From Carcharhinus longimanus (Eukaryota), in assembly GCA_030264375.1 (NCBI GenBank), contig JASCQW010000043.1, positions 37,768,449-37,832,448 of the forward strand: a stretch of DNA of 64,000 nt. The letters run 5' to 3'. The translations under genes were made by a program, and so were the position numbers. Below the pieces are notes generated by a model. It saw only the letters and a program-made list of their open reading frames with translations. It had not been told where the DNA came from and searched no databases. Below are positions 51,418 to 62,894 of the stretch, in pieces. The first letter of the stretch is position 1; the number at the start of each line of letters is the position of its first letter.

Positions 51418-51522
51418 AACATTTATTTATTAGTGTCAAATGTAGGCTTACATTAACACTGCAATGAAGTTACTGTGAAAACCTCCTAGTTGCCACACTC
51501 TGAAGCCTGTTCGTGTATATTG
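51418..51522 (-). mobile_element. Alternative-tail V-SINE 3' end (rest in gap)
   Basis: TTTATTTATTAGTGTCAAATGTAGGCTTACATTAACACTGCAATGAAGTTACTGTGAAAA. Confidence 0.85.
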
Positions 51523-51749
51523 NNNNNNNNNNNNNNNNNNNNNNNNNNNNNNNNNNNNNNNNNNNNNNNNNNNNNNNNNNNNNNNNNNNNNNNNNNNNNN
51601 NNNNNNNNNNNNNNNNNNNNNNNNNNNNNNNNNNNNNNNNNNNNNNNNNNNNNNNNNNNNNNNNNNNNNNNNNNNNNNNNNNNNNNNNNNNNNNNNNNNN
51701 NNNNNNNNNNNNNNNNNNNNNNAAAGGAATAGAACATATGCTAAAATGG

Positions 51750-51988
51750 ATAAAAGCAAAATACTGTGAGTGCGGGAATCTGAAACAAAAACAGAAAATG
51801 CTGGAAAATCTCAGCAGGTCTGACAGCATCTATGAGGAGAGAATAGAGCCAATGTTTTGAGTCTAGATAACCCTTCGTCAGTGACAGAGTCAGACAAAGG
51901 GTCATCTAGACTTGAAACATTGGCTCTATTCTCTCCTCATAGATGCTGTCAGGCCTGCTGAGATTTTCCAGCGTTTTCTGTTTTTGTA
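51750..51988. mobile_element. Penelope-like inverted terminal palindrome with two decayed hammerhead-like cores
   Basis: 97-bp arms 51785-51881 and 51891-51987 (about 90/97 identical), 9-bp spacer; CTGACGA..GAAA-type motif on each strand. Confidence 0.75.
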
Positions 51989-52592
51989 TTAAAATGGGGT
52001 TGCTTGCCTTCCGACTCAGTGCTCCCCTTCCGATGTGGTATTCACGATCCCGCACCATTGTAATTATTGCTGTTATTTCCATGATGCATAGATCTCAGAG
52101 TAGAACAAATGTGTTTCAACTCTTAGATCGATTTCATAATTAACAGAGCGACTGAGAAAAATAAGATTTGAAATGGTTTTCTACAACTCAGTGGATAACA
52201 ATTGGCAGTGACATACTTTCAGTTGGACAATCTGAATGGGATCAACAAATGGAGAAAGGAGGAAACAGGTGATACAGTGACATTGATTCAACAGCAGTGA
52301 CTTAACATATTAATAACATTATGTCAAAAAGATTTAATAAAACTATCTGGACATGCAGTGAATACTATCAATAAAGCTGACGGTTTTAATTGGAATTATA
52401 CAATAGGAATATAGTTAAAGGAAGAGGACAAAGTAATCATCCATCTCTTTCATTTTTTAAATTGGAAATGCTATTATAACTTATTTGCCAATTCTAAATT
52501 ACCAACACAAATCATGTCTCAGAACAGCCTGGAGGGCTCCATTTCTGGTATATTTAAGGAGAATATCAATTACTCTTAGAATTGTTTTTACA

Positions 52593-52918
52593 GGGGCAGC
52601 ACGGTACCACAGTAGTTAGCATTGCTGCCTCACAATGGCAGGGACCCGGGTTCGATTCCAGACTTGGGTCACTGCCTGTGTAGAAATTGCATGTTCTCCC
52701 CCTGTCGACGTGGGTTTCCTCCTGGTGCTCTGGTTTCCTCCCACAGTCCAAAGATGTGTGAGTTATGTTGATTGGCCATGCTTAATTGACCCCAGTCTCA
52801 GGGGATTAGCAGGGTAAATATGTGGGGTTACAAGAATAGGGCCTAGGTGGGATTGATTTTGACGCAGACTTGATGGGCTGAATGAGTTCCTTCTGCACTG
52901 TGGGGATTCTATTCTATG
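52593..52918 (+). mobile_element. HE1-type V-SINE
   Basis: Full head, V-domain and tail. Confidence 0.93.
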
Positions 52919-54607
52919 ACAGCACTGGTTGGGTTATTTGGACTGCTGGTGTGCAGTAATTGAGCCATATGGGATGTCTGGGTCCTGGAACTGAGAGTGA
53001 TGATTTCAGAAATTAATTTGATGAGTCAGTGAGTGGGTGTTGACCAGGGCTTTTTTTGACAAATACTGTTAGTTTCTGTTTGGTTTGGTGTTTATATCGC
53101 TAATATAGTAAGATGGGCCAGAGAACAAGGCCAGAGACCAGGGAGCTGAAACTGCATGGGGAGAAGACAAGAGGAGGCCAGCTCACCAGAAGCCTTACCC
53201 CACTGCATTTGTGCTGGCTCAGAAACTCTTACCTGTGATTCACCAGGGAGCCAAGTGCAAAGAAGTTCTGCTTTACCTGGGAGCTGTCGCAGAGATCCGA
53301 CACCTGCTGCAACCAAGGGCAAGATCATGTACAAACTTGCCTGTGGCCGTCAAAGTCAAAGATGTTTGTGCTTCCAGATCATTCCAGTCTGCGGCGGGTA
53401 GAATAATTACCAACTAGCTGTGAAGTCTGTATTCACCAGGTAATGGCTGGGCTCTTTGCCAAAGCATTGACTTTATATCCTTGCCCAAGGATACTGTAAA
53501 ACAGCAAGACAAGGCTCCGGACTGGGATTCCAGGGTTCACTGATGTATCATTGACCGCAGACACATAGCCTTGCATAAATTAGTAAAGAGCCTCGCATCA
53601 ACAGGAATGGGAATGCATATTACTGAAGAACTAGCAAAAATGTACAGTGCATCATTCAGGCTTATGTAAACTTTTGGCTGCCACGATTCCTTCATCTTGC
53701 TCTAGGTTGGCTGCTTGAAGGAAAAAGACTATCCTTTCCAGGGTAAGCTAATTGCATTTCCAAGAAATCCGGGCATTTATGTCGTGTGCACTCTGTGCGA
53801 TGCTATGATTCAAATCCTGGTAGAGTGGACCATAGCAATCATGCAACCATACTCCTGCTGTGTAGAAAAATCTGTTTTGCTGCAGCCTAGACGTCTCTCA
53901 GACACTAGGCCCAACATTATTGTGTGAAGTGCTACATTTCATTTCCTTCTCACTCACGGGGCTGGTGAGGAGATTTCAGAAAGGTAAAGCATTAGAAATG
54001 TATCTCACTGTTAATCGAAACAACAAATCTCTGTTTTATGAACAAGCTTCAAATGTGAAGAATAACTTGTTGGCCTACATTCTCGTCACTGTATTTTATC
54101 GCAGATTTCGTGAGGTATCTGACATTAATCGCTCAGTGATTGAAGGACCAAAAGGCAAACCTACTCACACAGATTCTTGAAAGGTGTTTGAAAGCAGTTT
54201 CTTCATAACATTGGTGCAGTTATTTCCTCAGCAAGGAGGATTTGCAACAATTTATTTTCTTTCTATTTGGACGGTTTGGATCATTTTTTTCCACATCAAT
54301 GATATAGCAAATGCGAATAAAGAAAGTAAAAATTGGTGTTATGTTTGTTGAGAATTCTTGCCAATTCTCTGAACTAGCTTTCTGAAGCATGGTTAAAAAT
54401 TAGGAGAACAGGTCAGTAGATTTTCTGAAAGCTTTGTTGAAGGCCAAGCATTAAAAACTCACGTGGAATCATCCCACTGAGAAAGATAATGGGAAAATGG
54501 TTAACTTCAAATTAGATAAAATTAGTGACCTTAAAGACGAGGAAGATGTCAGTGTAATTACCACAAGTTAATCACACATGACAGAGTCCTTTGTCTCAGA
54601 GACTAGT

Positions 54608-54952
54608 TAGCACAGTGGTTAGCACTACTGCCTCACAGTTCCAGAGACCCGGGTTCAATTCAAGCCTTAGGTAACTGTCTGTGTGGAGTTTACACATTCT
54701 CCCCATGTCTGCGTGGGTTTCCTCCAGGTGCACTGGTTTCCTCCCACACTCCAAAGGTGTGCAGGTTAAGTTGATTGGCCATGCTCAATTGCCCCTTAGT
54801 ATCTCAAGATGTGTCAGCTGGATGGATTAGCTGTGGCAAATGTGAAATTACAGGGATAGGTAGGGTAGAGGGCCTGAGTGGGATGCTCTGTCAGAGAGTT
54901 GGTGAAGACTTGATGGGCTGAATGGCCTCTTCTGCAATGTAAGGATTCTATG
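54608..54952 (+). mobile_element. HE1-type V-SINE
   Basis: Full head, V-domain and GGATTCTATGA tail. Confidence 0.92.
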
Positions 54953-55661
54953 ATTAGATGTAATGGCCAGTGGCAGGTTTTACTGGTGGGAGGAAAGTAT
55001 CCAAGAAGTGGATGGAGCACAGGAAGTATATGATACTTTAAACACATTGGGCTGGATTTTCATGCGGGATCGGGGAGCTAACAATTGGATGAATTCTGGG
55101 TCCTAACCCTGCACCTGAGCTGCATTGACATTACAACATCACTTTTAAATACAAATGGCCTACTTAGCCATGAGATGACCTCAGCATCCATAGGAGGCAC
55201 CAAGCACCTGAAGAGGGTGGGGGTTGCCTGCTTGGTGCCATGTTTGGGGCTGCTGTTGCCTTGTCCATTTTTGCAGTGACCTCAGAAGACCAGGAGGTTG
55301 AAAGAGGCCATGCACATCACTTGTTGGTGTTAGATGGAGCGTCAAAACAACTGCAGCGAAAATTACCAGGGCCCTGTGACAAACCATAAGACCATAAAAT
55401 ATAAGAGCAGAATAAGGCCATTCAGCCTATTGAGTCTACAATACCATTCAATTGTGGCTGATAGGTTTCTCAATCACATTCTCCCACCTTTTCCCCAAAT
55501 CTTTGATCCCCTTAAACACAGCAGCTATGCAGTGACACACCCAAGTCTGTTCAGGCTCAGGCTCACCAAAACAGATAGAAAACTTTCATAAGTCGGACTC
55601 TGGCCTGTGGGCCACATGACGGGTGACCGTACTTTAGGATCATTGTTTTCTGATGCACAAT

Positions 55662-55759
55662 TTTGAAAATCTCAGCAGGTCTTACAGCGTCTGGGAAGAT
55701 AGGATTGAGCCACCATTTTGTGACATGATGACCCTTCGTTGTGTTCTGACGAAGAGTCA
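55662..55759. mobile_element. Penelope-like palindrome, second copy, truncated by a gap
   Basis: GAAAATCTCAGCAGGTC..ACAGC..ATGACCCTTCGT-spacer-CTGACGAAGAGTCA. Confidence 0.65.
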
Positions 55760-55945
55760 NNNNNNNNNNNNNNNNNNNNNNNNNNNNNNNNNNNNNNNNN
55801 NNNNNNNNNNNNNNNNNNNNNNNNNNNNNNNNNNNNNNNNNNNNNNNNNNNNNNNNNNNNNNNNNNNNNNNNNNNNNNNNNNNNNNNNNNNNNNNNNNNN
55901 NNNNNNNNNNNNNNNNNNNNNNNNNNNNNNNNNNNNNNNNNNNNN

Positions 55946-56126
55946 TCCTCCCACAGTCCAAAGATGTGCAGGTTAGGTTGATTGGCCATGTTAAATTGCC
56001 CCTTAGTGTCAGGGGGATTTGCAGGGTAAATAAGTAGGGTTACAGGAATAGGGGCTGGGAGGGATTGTGGTCAGTGCAGACTTGATGGGATGAGTGGCCT
56101 CCTTCTGCACTGAAGGGATTCTATGA
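55946..56126 (+). mobile_element. HE1 V-SINE 3' part
   Basis: CCCACAGTCCAAAGATGTGCAGG...GGGATTCTATGA. Confidence 0.9.
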
Positions 56127-57573
56127 TATGGACAGCAACTCAGGTTGGAATTCTTATGCTGGTCACTCCTTCATACTTCCCCGACAATGAATCTGCTGTC
56201 ACAACCGCTCTTGGGAATTGCATCCACTCCCATGAACTAATCACCTCCATCCAAAATAATTATCTAAAACCCCACATCATTGGCATGAATGAACTAGTTA
56301 ACTTTCTTCTACTGATCATTATCTTCTTCTCCAACAGTTGAGATATGGAGATTCCTACAGGTGGCACTAATGCAGCAATTAAAAAAATGCAGCAAGCAAT
56401 TGCCACAAAGTATTTGAGGAACCTCCGCAGCAGCAAAAATGTACGAAGAAAATAGTTCTTAAATGTTGCGTTACTTTTCTTAATGTGCAGTTCCAATGAA
56501 CTTATACAACTGATTCTCTAACTGGACACACTTTATTCATGGATATGAAATGACTGAGCATTAACATGGATGAATGCTAAGGTAAGGGGTAAAAGCAAGA
56601 CCACCCGTCCAGTGTTTTTAATATTTAAAGAAGCTTTTCTCTGTTTCAGCCAGCTCTCTACTCCTGTTTCTGGCACTTCTCGAAATATGTGTGATACACC
56701 ATGTAGTGGAAGAGTTATCATGCTAGCAGTTTGAATAAACCAGAGCACAAAATCTGCCTTTTTGTTGAGCGCAGTTGAAATATTTTGTTGACAATAATAA
56801 CCAGAGGATCATTCTATGTTGAGTCACGTCTGCTTAGAAAGTTAAATTAAATGGATTGCAGACACAATATGTTATTGAGTTAGTCTGAAATCTGTTTTTC
56901 TTCAGCAGAAATCATTGTTGGCACAAAATATAAATTTGGAAATCATATTTGAGTAATTCTGTCTTTTAATTTACCCACCTTTGATGAAAATATAGTGATG
57001 GAGCTCCTACTAAACACTTTGACTATTTTGCGCAGGCAAGCAATAGAGCTGAAGATATTAGGGTGCCCACTTTCCTGAATGTGATGGGGGGGCACGGAAT
57101 CATTTAATCTGTGAAGATTAGTGCCATCTGAGAAACCAGGCATTAAAACGTATGAACTGATCATCGATATTTTGCAAGCAAATTTTCCAGCAAAGTCTTT
57201 GATGCTTGAGAGCACTTTAGATTCCACAAAGGGAACCAAGAAGTGGGGGAGTCAAGTGTGCAATTCATGCTTGTTTTTAAAAGATCTTCAGAATAATATG
57301 CATTTGGAGATGTGCTGAATGACATTTTTCGGACAGTCTGTAGTATGCGCAGTGACACAATGTTTGCTGACCAAGAATAACCTTGTTCTAAAAAAGGCCA
57401 TGAAGGTTGCTGTTTCGCTAGAACTAGCTGCAAAAAAAGCTTAGCAATCGAGTTTGCACATCCAAACAGACAAAATGGCAGCTGAGTTGACACCCAAGAA
57501 CCTTAAAATTCATATATATCGCTGGTGTGAAAAGCCGAGACATTCTGCAGCTGAATGCTGGTATAAAGGCATG

Positions 57574-57691
57574 AGCCAGAATTTTAACAGTCTGCCCACC
57601 ACCGGAATTGTGGGGAGGGGCCTTGGAAAGGTCCATTGACCTCGGGCGGGATTTTACGGTTTTGGGACAACAAGGCTGTAAAATTCTACCT
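57574..57691. mobile_element. Harbinger-type MITE in Gypsy gag
   Basis: AGCCAGAATTTT..TTGACCTCGGGCGGGATTTTAC..AAAATTCTACC. Confidence 0.8.
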
Positions 57692-57986
57692 TTTTTTTAA
57701 GTTTATTTATTAGTGTCACAAGTAGGCTTACATTAACTCTACAATGAAGTTACTGTGAAAATCCCCTAGTCACCACACTGTGGCGCCTGGTCAGGTACAC
57801 TGAGGGAGAATTTAGCATGGCTAATGCTCCTAACCAGCACATCTTCCAGACTTTGGAAGGAAACTGGAACATCCAGAGAAAACCCATGCAGACACGGGGA
57901 GAATGTGCAAACTCCACACAGAAAGTGACCCAAGCTAGAAATCAAACACACATGCCTGGCGCTATGAGGCAGCAGTGCTAAGCACA
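57692..57986 (-). mobile_element. V-SINE with alternative (Rex1-like) tail
   Basis: Complete reverse-complement copy, including TTTTCACAGTA..TACTTGTGACACTAATAAATAAAC. Confidence 0.92.
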
Positions 57987-59726
57987 GCATATGGCTGCTG
58001 GAAGGGAAAGTAAACCCTAGGTAAAAAGTATACACAAAGAACAAACCTAGACAGCACTTAAATCGAATAAAAGGCAAAATGTTCATTCTGTACAAAAGGG
58101 TCAAGAAAAAGAGAGTGAATCACAGTCTGAGGAGGAATTATTAGATTGTCCTAGCCATTGCTGGTGCTACACATCAATATTGGGTCACTCCACTGTTGGA
58201 TGGACAGCTAGTAGTGATGTAAGTTGGTACTGGACAGCAGTCTCCCTGGTGCCAGAAACTATTTACAAGAAGAAGCTTAAATACATTTCCTTGAAGCCAT
58301 CAAGGATACTGCTGAAGACATACACAGGTGAATGGTTTCATTGAAGGTCCACATTGAAGTAGCTGTGCAATTTAATGGGCAAACAGCAGATTTGTCCCTA
58401 CATATAGTAAAGGGCAATTATACAACTGTGATAGGTCGAATATGGCTGGAGAAGATTCGACTGAACTGGACTGAAGTCAACACAATGACCAATGGAGAAA
58501 CAGGCCTCATGAAAACTTTAAAGAAGCACAATGTTGTGTTTGATGGAGAATTAGGGAGTATGAGGGAAGCCAAGAAAAATGCTTGAAGGCAAAGTCTCTA
58601 CCATATGCTATTAGGCGGAAGGTGGAAGCTGTCTTGGAATGACTTGTAAAGACTGGAGTCGTGGAACTTGTCAGCATTAGTGAATGCACCATGCCAATAG
58701 TTCCAGTCATCCAGAAAGTTGGATCCTGAAGGACTTGCAGAGACTTCAAGGTCACTGTTGATCCAGTATTATGTGCCCATTACTTCACATCAATGACTTG
58801 TTCCCAGATTAGCAGGAGGCCAACATTTTAGCAAAATTGACCTGAGTTAGGCTTATTTGCAGATGAATGTGGACAAAAAAATCATAGGAACTTCTGATAA
58901 TCGTGACATATAAAAGCTTGTTCCAGGACCAAAGATTGTCGTTTAATGTCACCTCTGCATTGTTTCGAAGAGCAATGGATCAGATCCTTGGTGGATTGAG
59001 TGAAATCCAGTGCTATCTGGATGACATCCTAGCCACTGGAGGAGATTACGAGGAACATCTTCAGAAGTTGGATGCCACTCTTCAGAGACTGGAAGAATGT
59101 GGTCTAAGAGTCTGCAAGGATGAGTGTGAGCTCTTCCAATCTTTTGTTGAATATTTGGGACATGTGATTGACAATGCTCACCTTCACAAATCTCTTTAAA
59201 TGTCAAGGCTAGTACACCTGCACCTCAGACTATTAATCAGTTGCATTCCTTCCTAGGATTGTTGAACTCTTATGGAAAAATTGTCCCAAACTTGACAACC
59301 ATTCTGAAATCACTACAGAACCTCCTGTGTCAGAACAAGAATGAAAATGTGAAATTGATTTATTAGTCACAAGTAAGGCTTACATTCACACTGCAATGAA
59401 GTTACTGTGAAATGGTCGAATCAATACAATATTGCCTTAATGAAAGCTGAAGAACTGCTCTATAAATCTGAAGTTCTTTCACATTTTGATCCTACTCACC
59501 TCTTCAGTTAGCTTGTGATGCACCCTCTTGTAGTGGTCTCGCACATCATGCCAATGGGGGAAGAAAGGCCCATTGCTTTTGCAGCTTGAACCTTGAGCAA
59601 TGCTGTAAGTGACTATACACAGGTTGAAAGGAAGAATTACATCTTTGGAGTGAAGGAATTCCATCAGTTCCTATATGGGAGAGATTTACATTATTGATGG
59701 ATCATCATTTCTTAATAACACAATCC

Positions 59727-60025
59727 ACAGTGGTTAGCACTGCTGACTCACAGCGCCAGGGACCTGGGTTCAATTCCCGGCTTGGGTCACTGTGGCATTT
59801 GTACGTTCTCCCCGTGCCTGTGTGCCTTTCCTCCGAGTGCTCCATTTTCCTCCCACGGTCTAAAGATGTGCTGGTTAGGTGGATTGGCCATGCTAAATTG
59901 CTCCTTAGTGTCAGAGGATTGGCAGGGTAAATATGTGGGGTTGTGGGGATGGTGCCTGGGTGGGTTTGTGGTTGGTGCCGACTCGATGGGCCGAATGGCC
60001 TCCTTCATCAGTGTAGGATTCTATG
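59727..60025 (+). mobile_element. HE1 V-SINE in Gypsy RNase H region; CR1 3' fragment nearby at 60076-60222
   Basis: Canonical head and tail; Gypsy frame resumes TIFGPHVGI.SLAAS and, after the CR1 piece, RMQ.WAL. Confidence 0.9.
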
Positions 60026-61296
60026 AGCGACCATTTTTGGACCACACGTGGGAATTCTGTCACTTGCAGCAAGTGTTTAGACAATTACATGGGTACAATG
60101 GGTATAGAGGGATATGGGCTACTAGGATTAGCTTAGGAGTTTAAGAGCAGTATGGACAAGTTGGGCCAAAGGGCTTGTTTCTTTGCTGTAAACATCTGTG
60201 ACTATGACTTTATGACTCTATGAGAATGCAAGGTGGGGCATTGTTTTTGTCTGCACATACATATACCATTAAATATCGACAATCAAGTCTACATGATAAT
60301 GCGGATTACCTTTCAAAATTGCGACTACTGGGTAATTCATCAAACTGCTCAAGTCAGAATATTTTCCACTTTGAACAATTAGACAATATAACAGTCATTG
60401 CTAGTCTATGAGGAAGCATACTCTGAATGATCCGATAATCTCAGAAATGATAGATATGGTATTATAAGAAAAGACCTGAGCACTAATCCTAACCTGAATC
60501 CCTACTACTTCAGGAGATTGGAGGAGGGTATCTTATACTGGGGCTCAAAATGATCATTCCATCACAATTAAGAAAGCAAATGTTAGAGAAGTTACATGAG
60601 GGCCATTGCAGAATTGTACGTATAAAGGAAATAATGAGGAGTTATTTCAGGTGGCCTGGATTAGATGGGGAAATTGAAGAGAAAACCAGGACATGTTTGT
60701 CCTGTGCCAAGGTAAGAAAAATGTCAACATATCACCACTGCATTTATGGGAATGGCCTGAAGAGGCTTTGCAATAAGTGCATGTGGACTTTGCAGGACCT
60801 TTTGAAGGACAAGTGTTCTTGCTAATGATTGCTGCTCACACAGAGTGGCGAGAGATTGCTGTGATGAAATCTATTTCATCGGAGAAGTATTTAATCAGTT
60901 TGGATTCCCTGAACGACAGATGAGCAACAATGGACCCCAATTTGTCTCACAAGAATTTAATTGTTTCTCAGAAGAGAATGGTATTCAACAAATTAGGTCC
61001 ACATTGTATTTTCCTGCTATCAATGGACCAACAGAATGTTTCATTCTACCCATGAAACACCTTGAAGGCAACCAAGGACCAAGGCTGATGATCAATCATC
61101 TTAACAAATTCCTACTCTTGCATAGGAATGCTGCATATTCATGGGCCAAAACCTCTCTTGTATTAGTAATCATTATTAATGATGAAGTGACAGTTATGTT
61201 TGGCATTTGACTTGTTGAAACCTCCAAGAATCAAAGAAATTGTGCAACGGCAACAGCAAGGACAAATGGAATGGCAGGAAAACTAATCAAAACATG

Positions 61297-61423
61297 GGGT
61301 GGGATTTTATGGCTTCGGTCATCCCAAAACTGTAAAATCGTGCTGAAGATCAATGGACTTTTCTGTGGTCCACCTCTTGCCTGCTCTGATTCCTATGGAG
61401 GGTGGTCTGGTAAAATTCTGGCC
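61297..61423. mobile_element. Harbinger-type MITE
   Basis: GGGTGGGATTTT...AAAATTCTGGCC; TSD ATG/ATG. Confidence 0.85.
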
Positions 61424-62011
61424 ATGGAGTTTTCCACCAAGGACAAAGGAGTTTTGGCTAGGAATTACTCCACAGAAGAGATGTGGGTTCTTGCCTCAAT
61501 CCTTGCACAGACTGGATCTATCTTTTATATCCAGATCAGAGATGAAATTATCTGAATTGGACGTATGGACCAGTTGTTGGCTGGGAGAACTGATGAACTG
61601 GAATCAGAACGTGCGGAGAATCCAGATTCAACCGTATAAAGTCCTACCTGAGCCATCCTACAATCCCAACACCAGACACTGTTGAGGAAAGCAACACCTC
61701 ATTTAGAGGGCAGACACCGTGACAACCTCTAGTGCTTAGATCAACACCAGAGGTACCACTAGTGCAAAGAAGATTTTCACTGTCAACCATTCTGAGATCA
61801 ATGATCTCCAGACAGTCTGACTTATTAACAGTGATTGAATTATTGAATAATTGTTTTGAAATTGTTAGGGAAGTTCAGTTTAAGCAAGGAGAAAATGTGA
61901 TGTATTTGTCCTAATTCTTACTGGCTTACTGGCTCTGTTGCGGTATGTATTTATGCATTCACTGGAAGTCACATTGCAAGCCTTGAGCACGGCAAACTGA
62001 CAGATAAGAAT

Positions 62012-62546
62012 GGGCAGCACTATGGCACAGTGGTTAGCACTGCTGTCTCACAGTGCCAGGGGCTCGGGTTCAACTCCTGTCTTGGGTGACTATCTGTGTG
62101 AAGTTTGCACATTCTCCCCGTGTCTGTATGGATTTCCTCCCACAGTCCAAAGATGTGCGAGTTAGGCTGATTGACTATGGTAAATTTCCCTTTAATATCA
62201 AGGGATTGGCAGGGATGGGGCCTAGGTGGGATTGCTGTCAGTACAGGTTCAATGGACCAAGTAGCCTCCTTCCACACTTTAGAGGCTGAATAAACTGGGC
62301 TTGTACTCGTTAGAGTTTAGAAGAATGAGGGGAGATCTCATTGAGACATATAAGATGNNNNNNNNNNNNNNNNNNNNNNNNNNNNNNNNNNNNNNNNNNN
62401 NNNNNNNNNNNNNNNNNNNNNNNNNNNNNNNNNNNNNNNNNNNNNNNNNNNNNNNNNTCTTATTGAATGGTGGGGCAGGCTCGAAGGGCTAGATGGCCTA
62501 CTCCTGCTCCTATTTCTTATGTTCTTATGATTCTATGATTCTATTC
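62012..62546 (+). mobile_element. HE1 V-SINE in Gypsy LTR, with a CR1 3' fragment inserted in its tail
   Basis: SINE body to ~62284; CR1 LGLYSLEFRRMRGDLIETYK..TTCTTATG tail; then the SINE tail ATTCTATGATTCTAT resumes. Confidence 0.85.
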
Positions 62547-62894
62547 TAAAAAGCAGCCATGGAAGAGAACATACTCCTGTAAATAAAGCTCTGTTGTTTT
62601 AACTCTCTGTGTTCCCTAGCATCATTTTCCAAGATACGACAGGTCCCTGTAACAGTGCTAACTTCTCACTACTGATCTGTATTTCAATTAAAGTATGAAT
62701 TTATGTGAGCTAATCATTCTCATAGTCTCTGCTTTGTTTCATCTCCCATTCATTCAGCTTATTTTCCTCTCGGTGACTGATCAACCTCGATGCAGTGGAG
62801 AGGGTGAAAGTAATGATTGGCTGATTGGTCATTGGAATGAGCTATGCTAGCATCTGGATGGGTGAGAACAGGATTTCCGATGGAATCCTCAAAA

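Larger units (their letters stand above)
57290..62641 (+). mobile_element. Ty3/Gypsy retrotransposon, 5'-truncated, degraded gag-pol plus 3' LTR
   Basis: gag (LELAAKKA, knuckle ..HSAAECWYK), protease (WVTPLLDG..GTG.AVSL), RT (FSKIDLS, YLDDILATG, VEYLGHVID), RNase H (LACDA, ERPIAFA), integrase (LHEGH..YFRWPGLD, VHVDFAGP, SNNGPQF); PPT AAGCAAGGAGAAAA; LTR TG 61896..CA 62641 with AATAAA at 62582. Confidence 0.92.

Noticed and set aside
53092-53417. Overlapping ORFs on both strands, one with a hydrophobic N-terminus
   Set aside because: No recognisable domain and no consistent splice or Kozak context; not supportable as CDS.
1007-62280. tRNA-like sequences and recurrent similar ORFs (..AQWLALLPHSARD..)
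   Set aside because: These are heads of HE1 V-SINEs; they are neither tRNA genes nor a protein family.
1007-62280. Many CACAGTG heptamers suggesting Ig/TCR recombination signal sequences
   Set aside because: They lie mostly in V-SINE heads. I saw no correctly spaced ACAAAAACC nonamers and no V/J coding segments (visual scan only).
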